Assembly: GCA_030830875.1 (NCBI GenBank)
Contig: JAURMD010000145.1
Span: 1 to 34,983, forward strand
Direction: 5' to 3'
DNA: 34,983 nucleotides
Source of the DNA: Thermoplasmatota archaeon
GTDB lineage: Archaea; Thermoplasmatota; Poseidoniia; Poseidoniales; Poseidoniaceae
In this document: piece by piece, positions 8,381-23,800 of the stretch
Numbering within the stretch: the first letter of the stretch is position 1
How the letters are laid out: every line of letters starts with the position of its first letter
The notes under the pieces: model-generated
What the model saw: the letters and a program-made list of their open reading frames with translations, nothing else
What the model was told of the DNA's origin: nothing
Database searches by the model: none
Made by a program: the position numbers and the translations under genes

Positions 8381-10350
8381 AACCCAAACATGGTCTGCGC
8401 CAGTGCCTTTGCGTGGCGGCGGCGCTTTGCCTCCATCGTCCATCCTCCCGCGACCAGCACGATGCCTGTGAGCAAGGTCCACCCAGGCAGCGCCAGCAAA
8501 CCGTCTGAAGCGAGCACACCCTCGTGCCGTGGGAGGTCCGAGGCGCGAAGGTCGTCGGCAGGAACGGAACGAATGTCCAGCAAGTCGAGATCGCAATCGC
8601 ACAGGGAGACGGCGATGCGTTCCGGGAGGAGTGCGTTCTGAAGCACGGACCACGCACTGGATTGGATGTCGCTCGGCCTCGTCCCCCACGCTGGAGCGGT
8701 CACCGAACCGGTTGGTGACGTGGACGTCATGGCAAGGTTGAGGTGAACCACGTTGTTTGGGGGCACGTCTTCGACCACGAGCAGGGCTTCCAGCATCAGC
8801 AGATCGAGCAACAGCGAACGCCCCGCGAGCAGAACGAAGCGCTGCACATGTTCAGAAGATGCACCTCCGGCCCGAGCGACGTGCCCAAAGATGGCTTCGT
8901 CCAACCTGAGCGAATCCAGACCTTTCGCTTGAAGTTGGAACCGCCCGTCCTCAAGCGGGACGGCATCGGTCACGTCCAAGCGGAGTCGAAGCACTTCCCC
9001 ATCAAGCCGACCAAAGGTCGCTCCAGCATGCAGAACCATCGTGCTTTCCGGAATACCGGGTGCTGCGACGTCCCACAATTGCGCAAGCCGATCATCGATG
9101 ACTTCCTCCAGCGTGAGTTCCCCCGGTTGCTGCACCGAACTTGAAGCCGCCACCAACGGATGAACAACACCTGCCGTAAGCACGAGGAGCAGCCCCGGCA
9201 CGGTGACGCCGAACCGGAGCAGCACGGACGTGGTTCGGCGAGTGAAGTCGAGCAACCCAAGCAGGAGAAGCGCGACGCCGCCTACGGCAGCGACGCCTGA
9301 AGTGGGTTCAGCAAGCACCATCGGTTCCCCAGCGGGAGGCGCTTGCCCGCCACCCTCTGGGTAGGTCCCCTCACCGGAAAATCCGCCTGGATCGACGGGC
9401 CCTATGCCTTCGTAGGACAGCATACCCGCCCACACGTAGGCTTGGAACCGGTCCGCCTGACCTTGAAGGCACAGGGTCGTGTCCCCTTCCCTCAACGCCC
9501 TCCAGACGTAACGAACCGAAGCCCGTTCTTCGTCCTGCACGACCTGCATTTCTGGGGTGGGCGCCTCACGGCCGTCGGCCAAGATCAACTCCGGTCGAGC
9601 CGATTGCTGCTGTAATTCGATCGGGACGAGGTCCCACTCCATGAGCACACGAAGCACTTCATGCGCCTCGACCTCAAAGGTGTAGCAATCCACATCGTCA
9701 CCGACAAGGGCTCCATCGTGGGCCATCTCAAATTCCGTTTCAACAGGTTCGAGACGGGAGCTTGGTTCATCCACATCTGCGGCCTCGGGATCTGCAGACC
9801 ACACGATGTTCATTTCGATGCTCGAGGCACCTCGAAGATGCAGGCTCCAGGTCGCAGGACGGTCGAGCGAGAAGCCAATCAAGAGCCGAACATCATCACC
9901 TGGCCAGAGCACGCGACGACCGTCAAGCTCCAAGGCCACATCGTCGTCGACGTATGCTGGACCGGTCCCCTCCATAGATGGGGCGAGGGACCACTGCGTC
10001 ACGCCATCCCCATGCACAAGCCGAAGGTCCAGCGTTGGCCACGACAACCTCGTTGGGTCATCGTCCAACCGGAGGTCCAGTTCGACGTGGTCAAGGACCG
10101 AGGGGAGGAGAACGAGCACGTCTTGTGCAGGGTCAATGATGAATTCCAACACGACCTCTGCTGGTGCGAACGGTGTGCCTTGCACCTGACCCCCAACCGT
10201 TTCCTCTCCGATGGGGTAGGTCGTCAATCTGCAGTCGTTGTCAGCCACGCAGGACAAGTGCTGCACGTCCGCCTCTTCGACCAACGCCGACTGCCCCGTT
10301 GGCAAGAGAGTGAGAAAAAGCAGTGAGAGCAGCACGACGCATCTGTACAT
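8365..10350 (-). CDS. Exported multi-pass membrane protein, hypothetical (signal peptide, pre-peptidase-C-terminal-like beta domain, central and C-terminal TM helices)
   Basis: N-terminus MYRCVVLLSLLFLTLLPTGQSA is a signal peptide. DDVDCYTFEVEAHEVLRVLMEW resembles a PPC-type domain. TM segments are GVAAVGGVALLLLGLL, VTVPGLLLVLTAGVVHPLV and C-terminal WTLLTGIVLVAGGW followed by KRRRH. ATG 10350 overlaps the stop of the upstream SprT-like gene (TGATG). Confidence 0.6.
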   Translation of the reverse strand: MYRCVVLLSLLFLTLLPTGQSALVEEADVQHLSCVADNDCRLTTYPIGEETVGGQVQGTPFAPAEVVLEFIIDPAQDVLVLLPSVLDHVELDLRLDDDPTRLSWPTLDLRLVHGDGVTQWSLAPSMEGTGPAYVDDDVALELDGRRVLWPGDDVRLLIGFSLDRPATWSLHLRGASSIEMNIVWSADPEAADVDEPSSRLEPVETEFEMAHDGALVGDDVDCYTFEVEAHEVLRVLMEWDLVPIELQQQSARPELILADGREAPTPEMQVVQDEERASVRYVWRALREGDTTLCLQGQADRFQAYVWAGMLSYEGIGPVDPGGFSGEGTYPEGGGQAPPAGEPMVLAEPTSGVAAVGGVALLLLGLLDFTRRTTSVLLRFGVTVPGLLLVLTAGVVHPLVAASSSVQQPGELTLEEVIDDRLAQLWDVAAPGIPESTMVLHAGATFGRLDGEVLRLRLDVTDAVPLEDGRFQLQAKGLDSLRLDEAIFGHVARAGGASSEHVQRFVLLAGRSLLLDLLMLEALLVVEDVPPNNVVHLNLAMTSTSPTGSVTAPAWGTRPSDIQSSAWSVLQNALLPERIAVSLCDCDLDLLDIRSVPADDLRASDLPRHEGVLASDGLLALPGWTLLTGIVLVAGGWTMEAKRRRHAKALAQTMFGFHSAS

Positions 10351-10850
10351 CACGCAACCTCACCCCCTCCGGGAACATCCACAAGCACGGCGCCACACCG
10401 TCGGCAGGCGTACCGACCGTTGCCACGACGCTGCCGGCCATGCCTTCGGTCGCATGCAGTGCAGGTCCACCACCACCGAACACGTTGCTCATGCAGAAAT
10501 GAGGCGAAGGAGGATGCGTCCTCCCCGCCGGGAAAAGGCCAGGCGGATTCCCAACGTCGGAACGCTGCGTCGTGTGGCCGGTGGCCAGCAGCGTGAATGT
10601 ATTCGTGATGCAACACGTGCGCTGCATAGGCGTGCCAACGGATTTCCAGCAAATGTGGATGGAGGTCGATGACGGACACGTCGTTGGTGGAGAATCGATC
10701 TCGGGGGGTTCCCGCTTGCCACCTCGTCACGCCATGACGACGTAGCGTCCCAGATCGCAGCACACCGAGCGGAACGCGCTCAATCGTTCGGAGGTCCACT
10801 GCCTGCCATTCCGGCATGGTGGCCATCACCGTGAGGACCTCCGATTTCAA
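10350..10850 (-). CDS. sprT: SprT-like zinc metalloprotease with C-terminal zinc ribbon
   Basis: HExxH motif in VLHHEYIHAAGHRPHDAAFRRW, plus a CxxC...CxxC ribbon (WTCTACDRRHGRQRRGNGRYACRRCG). This is the same size and architecture as bacterial SprT. The track start at 10850 is TTG. ATG 10826, preceded by GGAGGT about 10 nt upstream, or ATG 10817 are alternatives. Confidence 0.7.
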   Translation of the reverse strand: MKSEVLTVMATMPEWQAVDLRTIERVPLGVLRSGTLRRHGVTRWQAGTPRDRFSTNDVSVIDLHPHLLEIRWHAYAAHVLHHEYIHAAGHRPHDAAFRRWESAWPFPGGEDASSFASFLHEQRVRWWWTCTACDRRHGRQRRGNGRYACRRCGAVLVDVPGGGEVA

Positions 10851-10902
10851 CGCGGCAAGGACCGTCCGCTGCGCTGCACTTGGTTTCAGGTGAAGCCCTC
10901 CA

Positions 10903-11373
10903 TCAGGACCAACGGTGGTAGGCAGGATGACCTTCCTTTACAGCGACGAAGAGGCCCTCGCCCGAGGCGCAGACCTCACCGCCCGCTTCCAGCGTCATGG
11001 ACACCCAGGCTTTTCGCCCTTCGAGACGCGTGGCATGGGCGCGAACGATGAGGTCCACGCCGGCTGGGGTGGGGCGCGAAAGTCGAACTTCGTACGAAGC
11101 GGTGACGGTGCACGGGGGCTCAACCGCACCGTCCTTGTCCATCAGCGCCATCGCCGCCGCCCAATTCCCATGGCAATCGAGCAAGGTCCCGATGATTCCA
11201 CCGTTGATCATCCCCGGAAAGGCTTGGTGATGAGGTTCGGGTCGGAAACGGGCGACCAATCCATCACCTTCACGATGCGAGTCAATGCGAAGTCCCTGTG
11301 TGTTTGCTGGGCCGCAACCGAAGCAAATGGAGGTCGGAGCGTGAAGCCGTTGCACGCCGGGTGTCTCAGCCAT
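10903..11373 (-). CDS. PaaI-family hotdog-fold acyl-CoA thioesterase
   Basis: 156 aa with N-terminal CFGCGPANTQGLRI and PGMINGGIIGTLLDCHG, both typical of PaaI/4HBT-type thioesterases. Confidence 0.75.
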   Translation of the reverse strand: MAETPGVQRLHAPTSICFGCGPANTQGLRIDSHREGDGLVARFRPEPHHQAFPGMINGGIIGTLLDCHGNWAAAMALMDKDGAVEPPCTVTASYEVRLSRPTPAGVDLIVRAHATRLEGRKAWVSMTLEAGGEVCASGEGLFVAVKEGHPAYHRWS

Positions 11374-11446
11374 GGTGAAGCATGATGGCGAGGCCTTTCA
11401 GATGTGCGCACACGACACTTGATGAATCGAGCACCTATGGCAGAGC

Positions 11447-12781
11447 GTGGGCGACCCGATTGCACCCCGCAAGGTTGTTCGAACCGCCCATGAACTGCCA
11501 CGGCGACGACGACGGGCCATCGAAGAAGCCATGGCGGCCCACGAGCCTGAGGACCATCCAGAATGGGACAGAACCGCGGAATGGGACGATATCCGCTTCA
11601 TGCGAAAACGCATCCAACCGGGCACGATGCGGACCGTCCACATGCCCCTTCTTCCCGTGAACTTGGGCGACACATGGCCCATCCCAGTCACCGTGCTGCA
11701 CGGTGCTCGACCCGGACCCACCATCAACATCCTTGGTGCGCTTCACGGCGACGAACTGACCGGACCGAGCGCGTGCACCCACCTCCTCTCAAACCGGTTT
11801 ACCGAACCTGGAGGCCCGCTTGATCCACGACGGCTCGCTGGAACCGTCCGCATCGTCCCTGTTGTCAACCTCCCAGGCTTCCGAGAAAAATCCAGGTACT
11901 TCCCAGACGGTCGTGATCTAAACCGTTCGTTTCCCGGATCGCCGCTTTCGAACACAACGCGCCGCGTGGCTCATCAACTCTGGACCAACTTGCTCGAGGA
12001 CACGGACGCCATCATCGACTTCCACACGGCAGCAAAAGGGCGTTCCAACATGCCTCAACTCCGCGTTGACCTTGCCCATCCAGCCTCGTTCTTGCTTGCG
12101 AAAGCCTTCGGTGCAGAGATTGTCCTCGATTCCAAACCACCTGCGGGGAGCCTTCGGCGGGTCGCCAACGACGAAGGAATACCTTGCATCACGTTTGAAG
12201 GAGGAGCGGCAGACACGCTTGACAACCGTTCGGTCATGGTCGCGGTGAACGGGGCCCTCAACACGCTCCGCTCGCTGAAAATGGTCCCCGGACGTCCGAC
12301 CCGCCCAGCCTTCCGGCTGCTTGCATCAGGCTCACGCTGGTTGCGGGCCAGCGAAGGAGGATTGCTCGACGTCTTCGTGCGAGAGGGAACCGTGATGAAA
12401 GAGGGTGACGTCGTCGCAACCATTTCCGACCCAGGAGCGCCCGGACTTTCCGTCGATATTGTGGCGCCTGAAGATGGCCTCATGATTTCCATCGCAACAA
12501 ACCCCTTCGTGACCGCGGGCATGCCGGTTGGGCACTTCCTACCACTCTCAAAGCACGTCGAGATGGTGCTTCGTCACGTCGATGAGCAAGGGGGCCTTCG
12601 GCTGAGCGCTGCCCAAGGCGAGCCGATATGGCGCGAAGAACAGGATGTGGAAGAAGTAACGGTGGAACACTCTTCATCCGAGGAGGCCGAATGGGTGGAC
12701 GCCATCTTCGACCTTGAGCAGGAGGAGAAGGCGGAGGCCGATGAAACAGGACGGGGAACGAGCGAGGATCACGCCGCATAA
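11447..12781 (+). CDS. Succinylglutamate desuccinylase/aspartoacylase (AstE/AspA, M14-like) family deacylase with acidic C-terminal tail
   Basis: Contains GPTINILGALHGDELTG and VPVVNLPGFREKSRYFPDGRDLNRSFPG, the family zinc and substrate motifs. The 11447 start is GTG; ATG 11531 is an alternative. Confidence 0.75.
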   Translation: MGDPIAPRKVVRTAHELPRRRRRAIEEAMAAHEPEDHPEWDRTAEWDDIRFMRKRIQPGTMRTVHMPLLPVNLGDTWPIPVTVLHGARPGPTINILGALHGDELTGPSACTHLLSNRFTEPGGPLDPRRLAGTVRIVPVVNLPGFREKSRYFPDGRDLNRSFPGSPLSNTTRRVAHQLWTNLLEDTDAIIDFHTAAKGRSNMPQLRVDLAHPASFLLAKAFGAEIVLDSKPPAGSLRRVANDEGIPCITFEGGAADTLDNRSVMVAVNGALNTLRSLKMVPGRPTRPAFRLLASGSRWLRASEGGLLDVFVREGTVMKEGDVVATISDPGAPGLSVDIVAPEDGLMISIATNPFVTAGMPVGHFLPLSKHVEMVLRHVDEQGGLRLSAAQGEPIWREEQDVEEVTVEHSSSEEAEWVDAIFDLEQEEKAEADETGRGTSEDHAA

Positions 12782-14022
12782 GCTGCAATGGCCGCTTCGA
12801 CTTCCTCGTCTTCCATCAACCTGCGCTGGGACTTCGCGACCTCAAACAAGTGAGCTACGAGGCCGTCTTCGGCTTCCATGCCGCGTTGCTCAAGCCAGTG
12901 GATGATGTTCGAGCGTCCGGCCATGTGACCAATGCGAATGCGTTGTTCAAGACCGAAATCGGCGGCAGGTACACCGCTATAGACACGATCAGCAAGCCAC
13001 TGGTCCCCCTTCCGCATGGCCTTGATGACCGCCGAGGCATGAACACCGGTCCCCGTCTCGAAGGCGTCCTTGCCAAAGACGGGGTAATTTCGAGGCAGCG
13101 GCACACCGGTGTAGGCATGCGCCTTCGCCATGTATTCTCCAAGGAGTGTGAGGTCGTTCTCGATGGCGCCCATCAATTTGAGGTTGACCAAGGTCTGATC
13201 GAGCGGGGCATTGCCAGAACGCTCTCCCAATCCAAGGGCCGTGCCGTGTATCACGTCGGCTCCAGCGAAGACTGCGGCCAAGTTGTTGGCGACGCCAAGT
13301 CCACGGTCTTGATGACCGTGCCAGTTGACTTCCACCTCAGAGCGCTGCAAGCCTGCGTCCTTGATCACGTGTTCATCAATGAAAGCAAGCAGGTTTCGAA
13401 CACCCTCAGGCGTCACGTGCCCGCAGGTGTCGCAAACGCAGATACGACGAACACCTAGGTCGAGGGCGCGTTGGTACACCGCAACGATGTCCTCGGGCTT
13501 CGAACGGGTGGTGTCTTCGGTGACGAACATCACCGGAACGTCCTGCTCCACCGCGTAGCCGACGGCACCCTCCATGGTTTGCATCACGCGGTCCATGGTC
13601 CAATCTTCAGCAAACAGGCGAATCGGACTGGTGCCAAGGAAGGCAGAGGCTTGAATCTCCATCTCGTGTTTGGCCTGCAGGTCCACCAACGGTGCGATAT
13701 CGCTGACCACCGTCCTCACGGCGCATCCTGGTCGGATGGCGTAGTCATGTTCCTTGATGTGGGTGAGCATTGCATCGATATGTTCGATGTGGAACGGGCC
13801 TGCTCCGGGCAGTCCAAGGTCCACTTTTTGCAGCCCAAGCCGTTCCATGTAGTCGAGCAGTTCCTTCTTTTGCTCGATGTTCGGGTTGAGTGCACTCGGG
13901 CTCTGAAGGCCATCGCGTAGGGTTTCGTCGTCGAACCAGATGCCGTGAGGATGGTTCAATGGGTCGCGATGGAAGGTCTCTCCAGCCACGTTCCAGTCAT
14001 GGATGAGGGCACGCTCTTCCAT
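12769..14022 (-). CDS. LeuA/HMGL-like DRE-TIM metallolyase (isopropylmalate/homocitrate/citramalate synthase family, short form without LeuA regulatory domain)
   Basis: Contains FDDETLRDGLQSPS, CVCDTCGHVTP and NWHGHQDRGLGVANNLAAVFAGADVIHGTALGLGERSGNAPLDQ. I prefer ATG 14022 (MEERALIHDW), which is preceded by GGTGGTGA 5 nt upstream, over the track start at 14067. Confidence 0.75.
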   Translation of the reverse strand: MEERALIHDWNVAGETFHRDPLNHPHGIWFDDETLRDGLQSPSALNPNIEQKKELLDYMERLGLQKVDLGLPGAGPFHIEHIDAMLTHIKEHDYAIRPGCAVRTVVSDIAPLVDLQAKHEMEIQASAFLGTSPIRLFAEDWTMDRVMQTMEGAVGYAVEQDVPVMFVTEDTTRSKPEDIVAVYQRALDLGVRRICVCDTCGHVTPEGVRNLLAFIDEHVIKDAGLQRSEVEVNWHGHQDRGLGVANNLAAVFAGADVIHGTALGLGERSGNAPLDQTLVNLKLMGAIENDLTLLGEYMAKAHAYTGVPLPRNYPVFGKDAFETGTGVHASAVIKAMRKGDQWLADRVYSGVPAADFGLEQRIRIGHMAGRSNIIHWLEQRGMEAEDGLVAHLFEVAKSQRRLMEDEEVEAAIAAYAA

Positions 14023-14115
14023 CGGGTCACCACCTGCCGACGACCCGCGGCGAGGTAATCGGCCCACCGTGTCGGGACCTAAGAAGCCGTCGCAGGCTCC
14101 TTCGAAGCCACAGCC

Positions 14116-18841
<4,726 letters not shown>

Positions 18842-18985
18842 CTAGGAACGAGGCCATGGCAGAGGGTTTCCTACCATTTTTCATCCATCAAGGTAGTCCT
18901 TAAACTCGCCCCTATTTTTGAGGCTAAATCCGCTCACGTCGCCCCATATTCCACGACCGGAGTGGGGTGATGCTCGTCCGAGAGC

Positions 18986-18993
18986 GTTAAAGG
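18986..18993 (+). promoter_or_regulatory. Candidate TATA box (GTTAAAGG) for a leaderless aroD transcript
   Basis: An A/T-rich octamer centred about 25-26 nt upstream of the aroD ATG (19015) in an otherwise GC-rich context. No SD lies between it and the ATG. Confidence 0.35.
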
Positions 18994-19014
18994 CAGGCCC
19001 AAGGTCCACGCGGC

Positions 19015-19812
19015 ATGACCGACCTGAAGGTGTGCGTGTCCCTTGAGAGCACCACCGTTGACGACATGGTGGACGAGGCTGCTCGCGCCAACCTCTCAGG
19101 CGCTGACCTCGTCGAAGTTCGTTTCGACCGCCTTTGGCTCGCAAAGCCCGCGCCCGATGTGGTTGAGGACGAGAACGGCCGCACCCGCGAGGTCATGTCG
19201 CTTGAGACGACGTGGCCCATCAACGACCTTGAATCGGTCAGCATCGACGCGGCCCTCGACCGCCTCTTCGAGGGCATTCCTACGGACATCATGTTCACCG
19301 TCCGCGCCCCAGACCAAGGCGGTTTTTTCCCGGGGACTGAAGAGCAGCGGCTTGCCGTTGTTGAGGCAGTTCTCAAACGCGGTGGAATCGCTTGGATTGA
19401 CCTTGAGGACAGCATCGAAGAAGACCACCGAACCGCGCTCGTCGCCACCGCCCTAAAGGGTGGCATCAAGGTCGTGGTGAGCAACCACACGTCAAGCACG
19501 CCCGCTGCCACCGACATTCAGGCCTGGGTCGAAGCCAGCGCCGGAAAGGGCGACCTGGTCAAGTTTTGTGGCGTGATCTCAAACCCGTCCGATGCTCTGC
19601 AGTTGGTCGAGGCCTCATTGGCCCTGAAAGACGGAACCGTTCCGTTCGCCATCATGGGCCTCGGCCCCGGGGGAGATTGGACCCGATTGCACGCGCCGGT
19701 GATGGGACAGAGCATGGTGTACGCCACCATGCGCACCGAATACGCGCTCAAAGACGAAGGCCGAATCAACGTGCGTGACGTACGTGAAGCGTGGCAACTC
19801 CTCGAATACTGA
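19015..19812 (+). CDS. aroD: 3-dehydroquinate dehydratase, type I
   Basis: Aligns by eye with Salmonella/E. coli AroD: VCVSLES, GADLVEVRFDRLW, IMFTVRAPDQGG, WIDLED, KVVVSNH (catalytic His), DLVKF (Schiff-base Lys), AIMGLGPGGDWTRL and GRINVRDVREAW. It carries a roughly 40-aa insertion after the RFD motif. Confidence 0.85.
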   Translation: MTDLKVCVSLESTTVDDMVDEAARANLSGADLVEVRFDRLWLAKPAPDVVEDENGRTREVMSLETTWPINDLESVSIDAALDRLFEGIPTDIMFTVRAPDQGGFFPGTEEQRLAVVEAVLKRGGIAWIDLEDSIEEDHRTALVATALKGGIKVVVSNHTSSTPAATDIQAWVEASAGKGDLVKFCGVISNPSDALQLVEASLALKDGTVPFAIMGLGPGGDWTRLHAPVMGQSMVYATMRTEYALKDEGRINVRDVREAWQLLEY

Positions 19813-19817
19813 ATCGC

Positions 19818-20828
19818 TCACGGGCCCTCGAGCCCAAGGTTGGCGTAGCGGTGCTGCAAGACGACCGGGACGGCCACCATCCCACCGCGCAGGACCATCA
19901 TGACCAAGGCCACCGTAGCAGGTGGCATGACGAACGAGCGTGGAATCGTGGCCACAGCGACATCCGCGTAGACAATGGCTTGCGCCGCAACCGCATCGCT
20001 TCCATGACCGTTGTCCCAGGTGTCAACCACGAGGTGGAAGGAATCCCAAGATTCGCCCTCGACGAAGGAGGTTCGAACTTCTGGTCGATCCAACGAGAGG
20101 CTGAACGTGACGCCGTCCACGCCTTCGTATGCGTGGACATCACGGTAGGTTGTCCATCCAAGCGGGTCGTAACGACGGAGCTCAGGAGCACGCTCGGACA
20201 GCAATTCGCCAACACCCCAATCATACCACCAACCGCCACCGTGGGATTTCTGGTACGACGAGCGGTAGCGGTCAAATTCGACGTCCGTCATCAAGTAGAC
20301 ATCGGCGGTGACAGGCACCACGTTGCCATCGGCGTCCATGCCCGTCAAGGACACGCAGAACGTCGTCCGATGCTCCGCGGAAAGGTTGAGTCGAAGAACG
20401 CCCGCGCTGTCGTTGCCCACGCCGATTACGGTTGAGAGCGAGGTGGAAAGTGGCGAGAGTCGAGCACCTTGCCCCCATGCCGTCATCCACGGCTCCTCAG
20501 GGTGCAAGGAAGGATCCAATTCGGAAGGACCCTCTTTGGCGTCGCCGTACACCGCGACGTCTTCGTCGTACCAGACCTCTTCGTAGGGAGAATAGTACCC
20601 GGTCATGGCCGGTGTGAGGGCCAGCCGCTCCACCGTCGAATTCCAGCGCGGCTCTTCGAGATCGCTCCCACACGCTTCGACCCCTGCGGCGGCGACGTTG
20701 GTTGGAAGATGGACAAACGCGAGGAGGAAGGGGGCGAGCACCAAGCACAGCCCCACGACGCTCGGCAGTTCTGCCCGACGAACCATGAATCGTGACAGGC
20801 GGCCGAGGTCTTTGGACATGACCATCAT
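19818..20828 (-). CDS. Membrane-anchored extracellular protein, hypothetical (N-terminal signal anchor, C-terminal TM)
   Basis: The track ORF 19818..21104 has an Arg/Gly-rich N-terminal extension that overlaps the upstream gene. I prefer ATG 20828, which overlaps the protease gene stop (ATGA). N-terminal TM is VVGLCLVLAPFLLAFV and C-terminal TM is ATVALVMMVLRGGMVAVPVVL. I recognise no family. Confidence 0.6.
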   Translation of the reverse strand: MMVMSKDLGRLSRFMVRRAELPSVVGLCLVLAPFLLAFVHLPTNVAAAGVEACGSDLEEPRWNSTVERLALTPAMTGYYSPYEEVWYDEDVAVYGDAKEGPSELDPSLHPEEPWMTAWGQGARLSPLSTSLSTVIGVGNDSAGVLRLNLSAEHRTTFCVSLTGMDADGNVVPVTADVYLMTDVEFDRYRSSYQKSHGGGWWYDWGVGELLSERAPELRRYDPLGWTTYRDVHAYEGVDGVTFSLSLDRPEVRTSFVEGESWDSFHLVVDTWDNGHGSDAVAAQAIVYADVAVATIPRSFVMPPATVALVMMVLRGGMVAVPVVLQHRYANLGLEGP

Positions 20829-23800
20829 TGGCGCCGAAGCGGCCGGATGTATCCGCTGGCTTCGTCTCGCCGTTCTTCTTTGCGCAAGATCCGGGGTGCT
20901 GGAGGGGCCTTGTGGTCGTCGATGCCCATCATGCCGTTCACCTCGACACGTTCGACGTCCGCATAGGCCTCGGCGTCCTTCGTGGCCTCTTCTTCGTCTT
21001 CCGTTGGCGCCCGCATCACGAACCATCCGAGCACCAAAGCCGCCATGACCAAGGCGAGGAAGACAGCCGCATCTGCACCCAGCGAACGGAACCATGCAGC
21101 CCAATCCTCGCGGGAGAAGTCAGACAGGGAAGGTGGCGATGTGGCCTCGGGGGCCACCTCGACGTCGACATCACGCGTGTCGCATTGCCCAGTTTGGTCG
21201 CATGCAACAATCCGTACGGTGTAGCGACCTAGTTCCTCCCAGAGGCCAAAGGTGCGGAAGGAGTCCTCGGACAGCGGGTCAACCCAGTCGTTCGTGGAAT
21301 CCCCATCGTTGTCGTCGTCAGAATTCAGATCGAGTTCCCACTTCACCGTCACTCCAGACATGATCAGCGTGTCGCAGTCCTCCATGGAACCGTCGTTCAC
21401 ATCATCGTCCCTGCAGAGCGAACCGTCGTCATCGAAGTCCGCCCAGCGAACGATGGCATCGAGGTTTTCGCCGATGCCGGCGATGGCGTCGTCGGGCGCG
21501 AGGACGAGGTCGATCGATGGCGCTGCTTCGACGTGCACGGTGAATCGGGCGCGTGTGACGTCGCCCGTGAGGTGACCGTCCCGCACGGTCAACGTGACCG
21601 TGTAATCGCCAGGAGCGGCATAAGCATGCCACGGCGAAGGGTCATGCACAAGCGCGCTTCCATCGCCGAAATCCCAGACGTAGTCCACCAGACCGTTCCA
21701 GTTCGGCGAACCAGTTTCGAGGGGTACGAGCCGCCCCTCAAAGCGCGCATCACCGTCCCGCGTTCCGTCGGAATCGAAGTACAGAAGGGTCCCGGGGACG
21801 GCATACGTGTCGCCGTCGTTTCCGAAGGTTCGACGCAGCACGGCCATCGCGGCGTCGCCATCGAAAGGCGTGGAAACGTCAACGATGCTGCCGTTGACCC
21901 ACGCCTCAAGGATGCGCACCTCGATGATGGGCACGGGGTTGATGACGTCAAAAATGACCGTTCGGGGTGCGCTCTGAGACCCGTCTGCGTCCGTGACGAC
22001 AAGGGTGACGTGATGGGTTCCCGGGGTTGAAAAGGTGAACCGGGGCTGGACAACGTCTTGGAAGGTTCCGTCAGGGAACGACCAGTTGAATGTCAGGTCG
22101 CTGACGTCCCCCACCAATCCATCAGGGTCGATGCTGGTTCGCGCATCGAAAATGTATGGCGTGTCCGGGACGATGCGGCTCGAGAGCAGGTTCAGCGTCA
22201 GCGTAGACGACGCCTCCCTCACTTTGAAGGAAGCCGTTGGTCTCTGGTTCTCGACGATGACGTTCAGGAGGGCTGTTGAGGCACCACCGTCGTCGTCCAC
22301 CACGTCGACCTGCACCGTGTAATTGCCCGCTCGCTCCCAGGCCACCGTGGGTTGCGAGGTACCTGCCGAGACCGTGTTGAAGTCGGATTCACGGTCAACG
22401 GGACCGGTTCCAAGGTGAACGCCTCCGGGGAACGACCAACTCCACGATACGATGGTCCCGTCGAGGTCTTCGAAAACGAGCGGCATCACGGTTGGTGTTT
22501 GGGTGACGGTCCGAATCGGACCCGCTTCGATCTGAACAGGCAAGCGGTTGTTGACGATGACCGTAAGGTTCAGCACCCCCGTGTTCACGCCGTCGAACAC
22601 GGTGAGCACGAGGTCAAAGGATTCGTTGGAACCGTCGATGTCCGACCATGCATGGTCTGCGCTATAGAGCCCCACGCCGCTGTCCTGTTCGCCATCGCCC
22701 CAGTCCCACGTGAATTCAAGCAGGGGGGTGGGGACGTTGTCCGTGGTCCTCCCTGCAGAGAACAAAATACGTTGATCGACCATCACGCTGATGCTTGAGC
22801 CAAGCACCTGATTGTTGATGGCCAAGAACGGGAACGGTTCCGTATCGTCGACGACGGTGATGTTCATGACGTCCGTGGCGGACCAACGACCCCCAACGTC
22901 ACGCACGCGGAGGCTGATGTTGTAGGCACCTAACACTTCGTAGGCCCGAACCGGAGATTTCAGGCCGCTTGTTTCGCCATCGCCAAAGTCCCATGCGTAC
23001 GCCACGGGGGGATCGAAGTAGGGCAGGGTGTTGTTTTCCAGCGACAAACCCCACGCATCGAACCCATTGCCGCTGAACGCGACGTCGTTCCACGACAAGG
23101 TGCGGTTCGTCGACAGGTTGCCGTCCGCGACGGGCGCCATGTTGGACAGGTTGACCATACCGCTTGTGACCGCGTCAACGCGGCTACCGAGCACGTCACG
23201 CATCGTCAGATCGAAACTGTACAGTCCGTCCATGTTCGGAGTGAACCAGACCGAGGAGGTCACGGCCTCGCCACCTCCTGCTTCCACCCTCGTGGTGAGT
23301 GCATCGACGACGCTACCTGAGGCGTCACGGACCTTGACTTCCACGTCGAGGTCCTCGAAGAAGGCGTTGGAAAGCACGTCAAAATCGACCTGAACGGTGT
23401 CAGCGAGGCCATCGCCGTCGCGGTCAGAGGTGGTCGTGTTCCCGGTGTTGATGGTCGCGGGAGCCGTGATGCGCGCCGCCTCAAGGTCAATGGTGCCGGT
23501 GGGGTAACTCGGTCCGCAACTTGTGTAGTCGCAGTCCGCAGCGCTGCTCGCAAGCCACACGATGACCCAGACCTCGTCGGTGAGGTTGCCAAACCCTGGC
23601 ACGAGCCCCGTCGCGACCGAGGAAGAAAAGGTCAGGTCCGTCACCGATAACAACCCGTCCGAGGCAGCCCGTGTCACGATGACACCGTCAAAATCTGTGC
23701 GGTCGCCAGTCACGCGAAGGGTCAAGGGTGCTGGTGACGACGAACCGGGCGTGAGTTTGAACGAGCGAATACCCCACCCTTCCATCGTGTGCCCTGTTGT

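Noticed and set aside
8365-8500. C-terminal LPGW-TM-KRRRH of the 661-aa protein as a PGF-CTERM/archaeosortase-type sorting signal
   Set aside because: The motif is not PGF, about 15 further residues follow the basic cluster, and no archaeosortase gene is in the window. A plain C-terminal TM anchor is the simpler reading.
19320-19330. Internal oligo-T runs (T6 at about 19322 in aroD; others at about 5812, 6748 and 17617) as archaeal terminators
   Set aside because: The aroD run is in frame, coding GGFFPG in the conserved motif. The others are on the antisense strand of their genes. None sits at a gene end.
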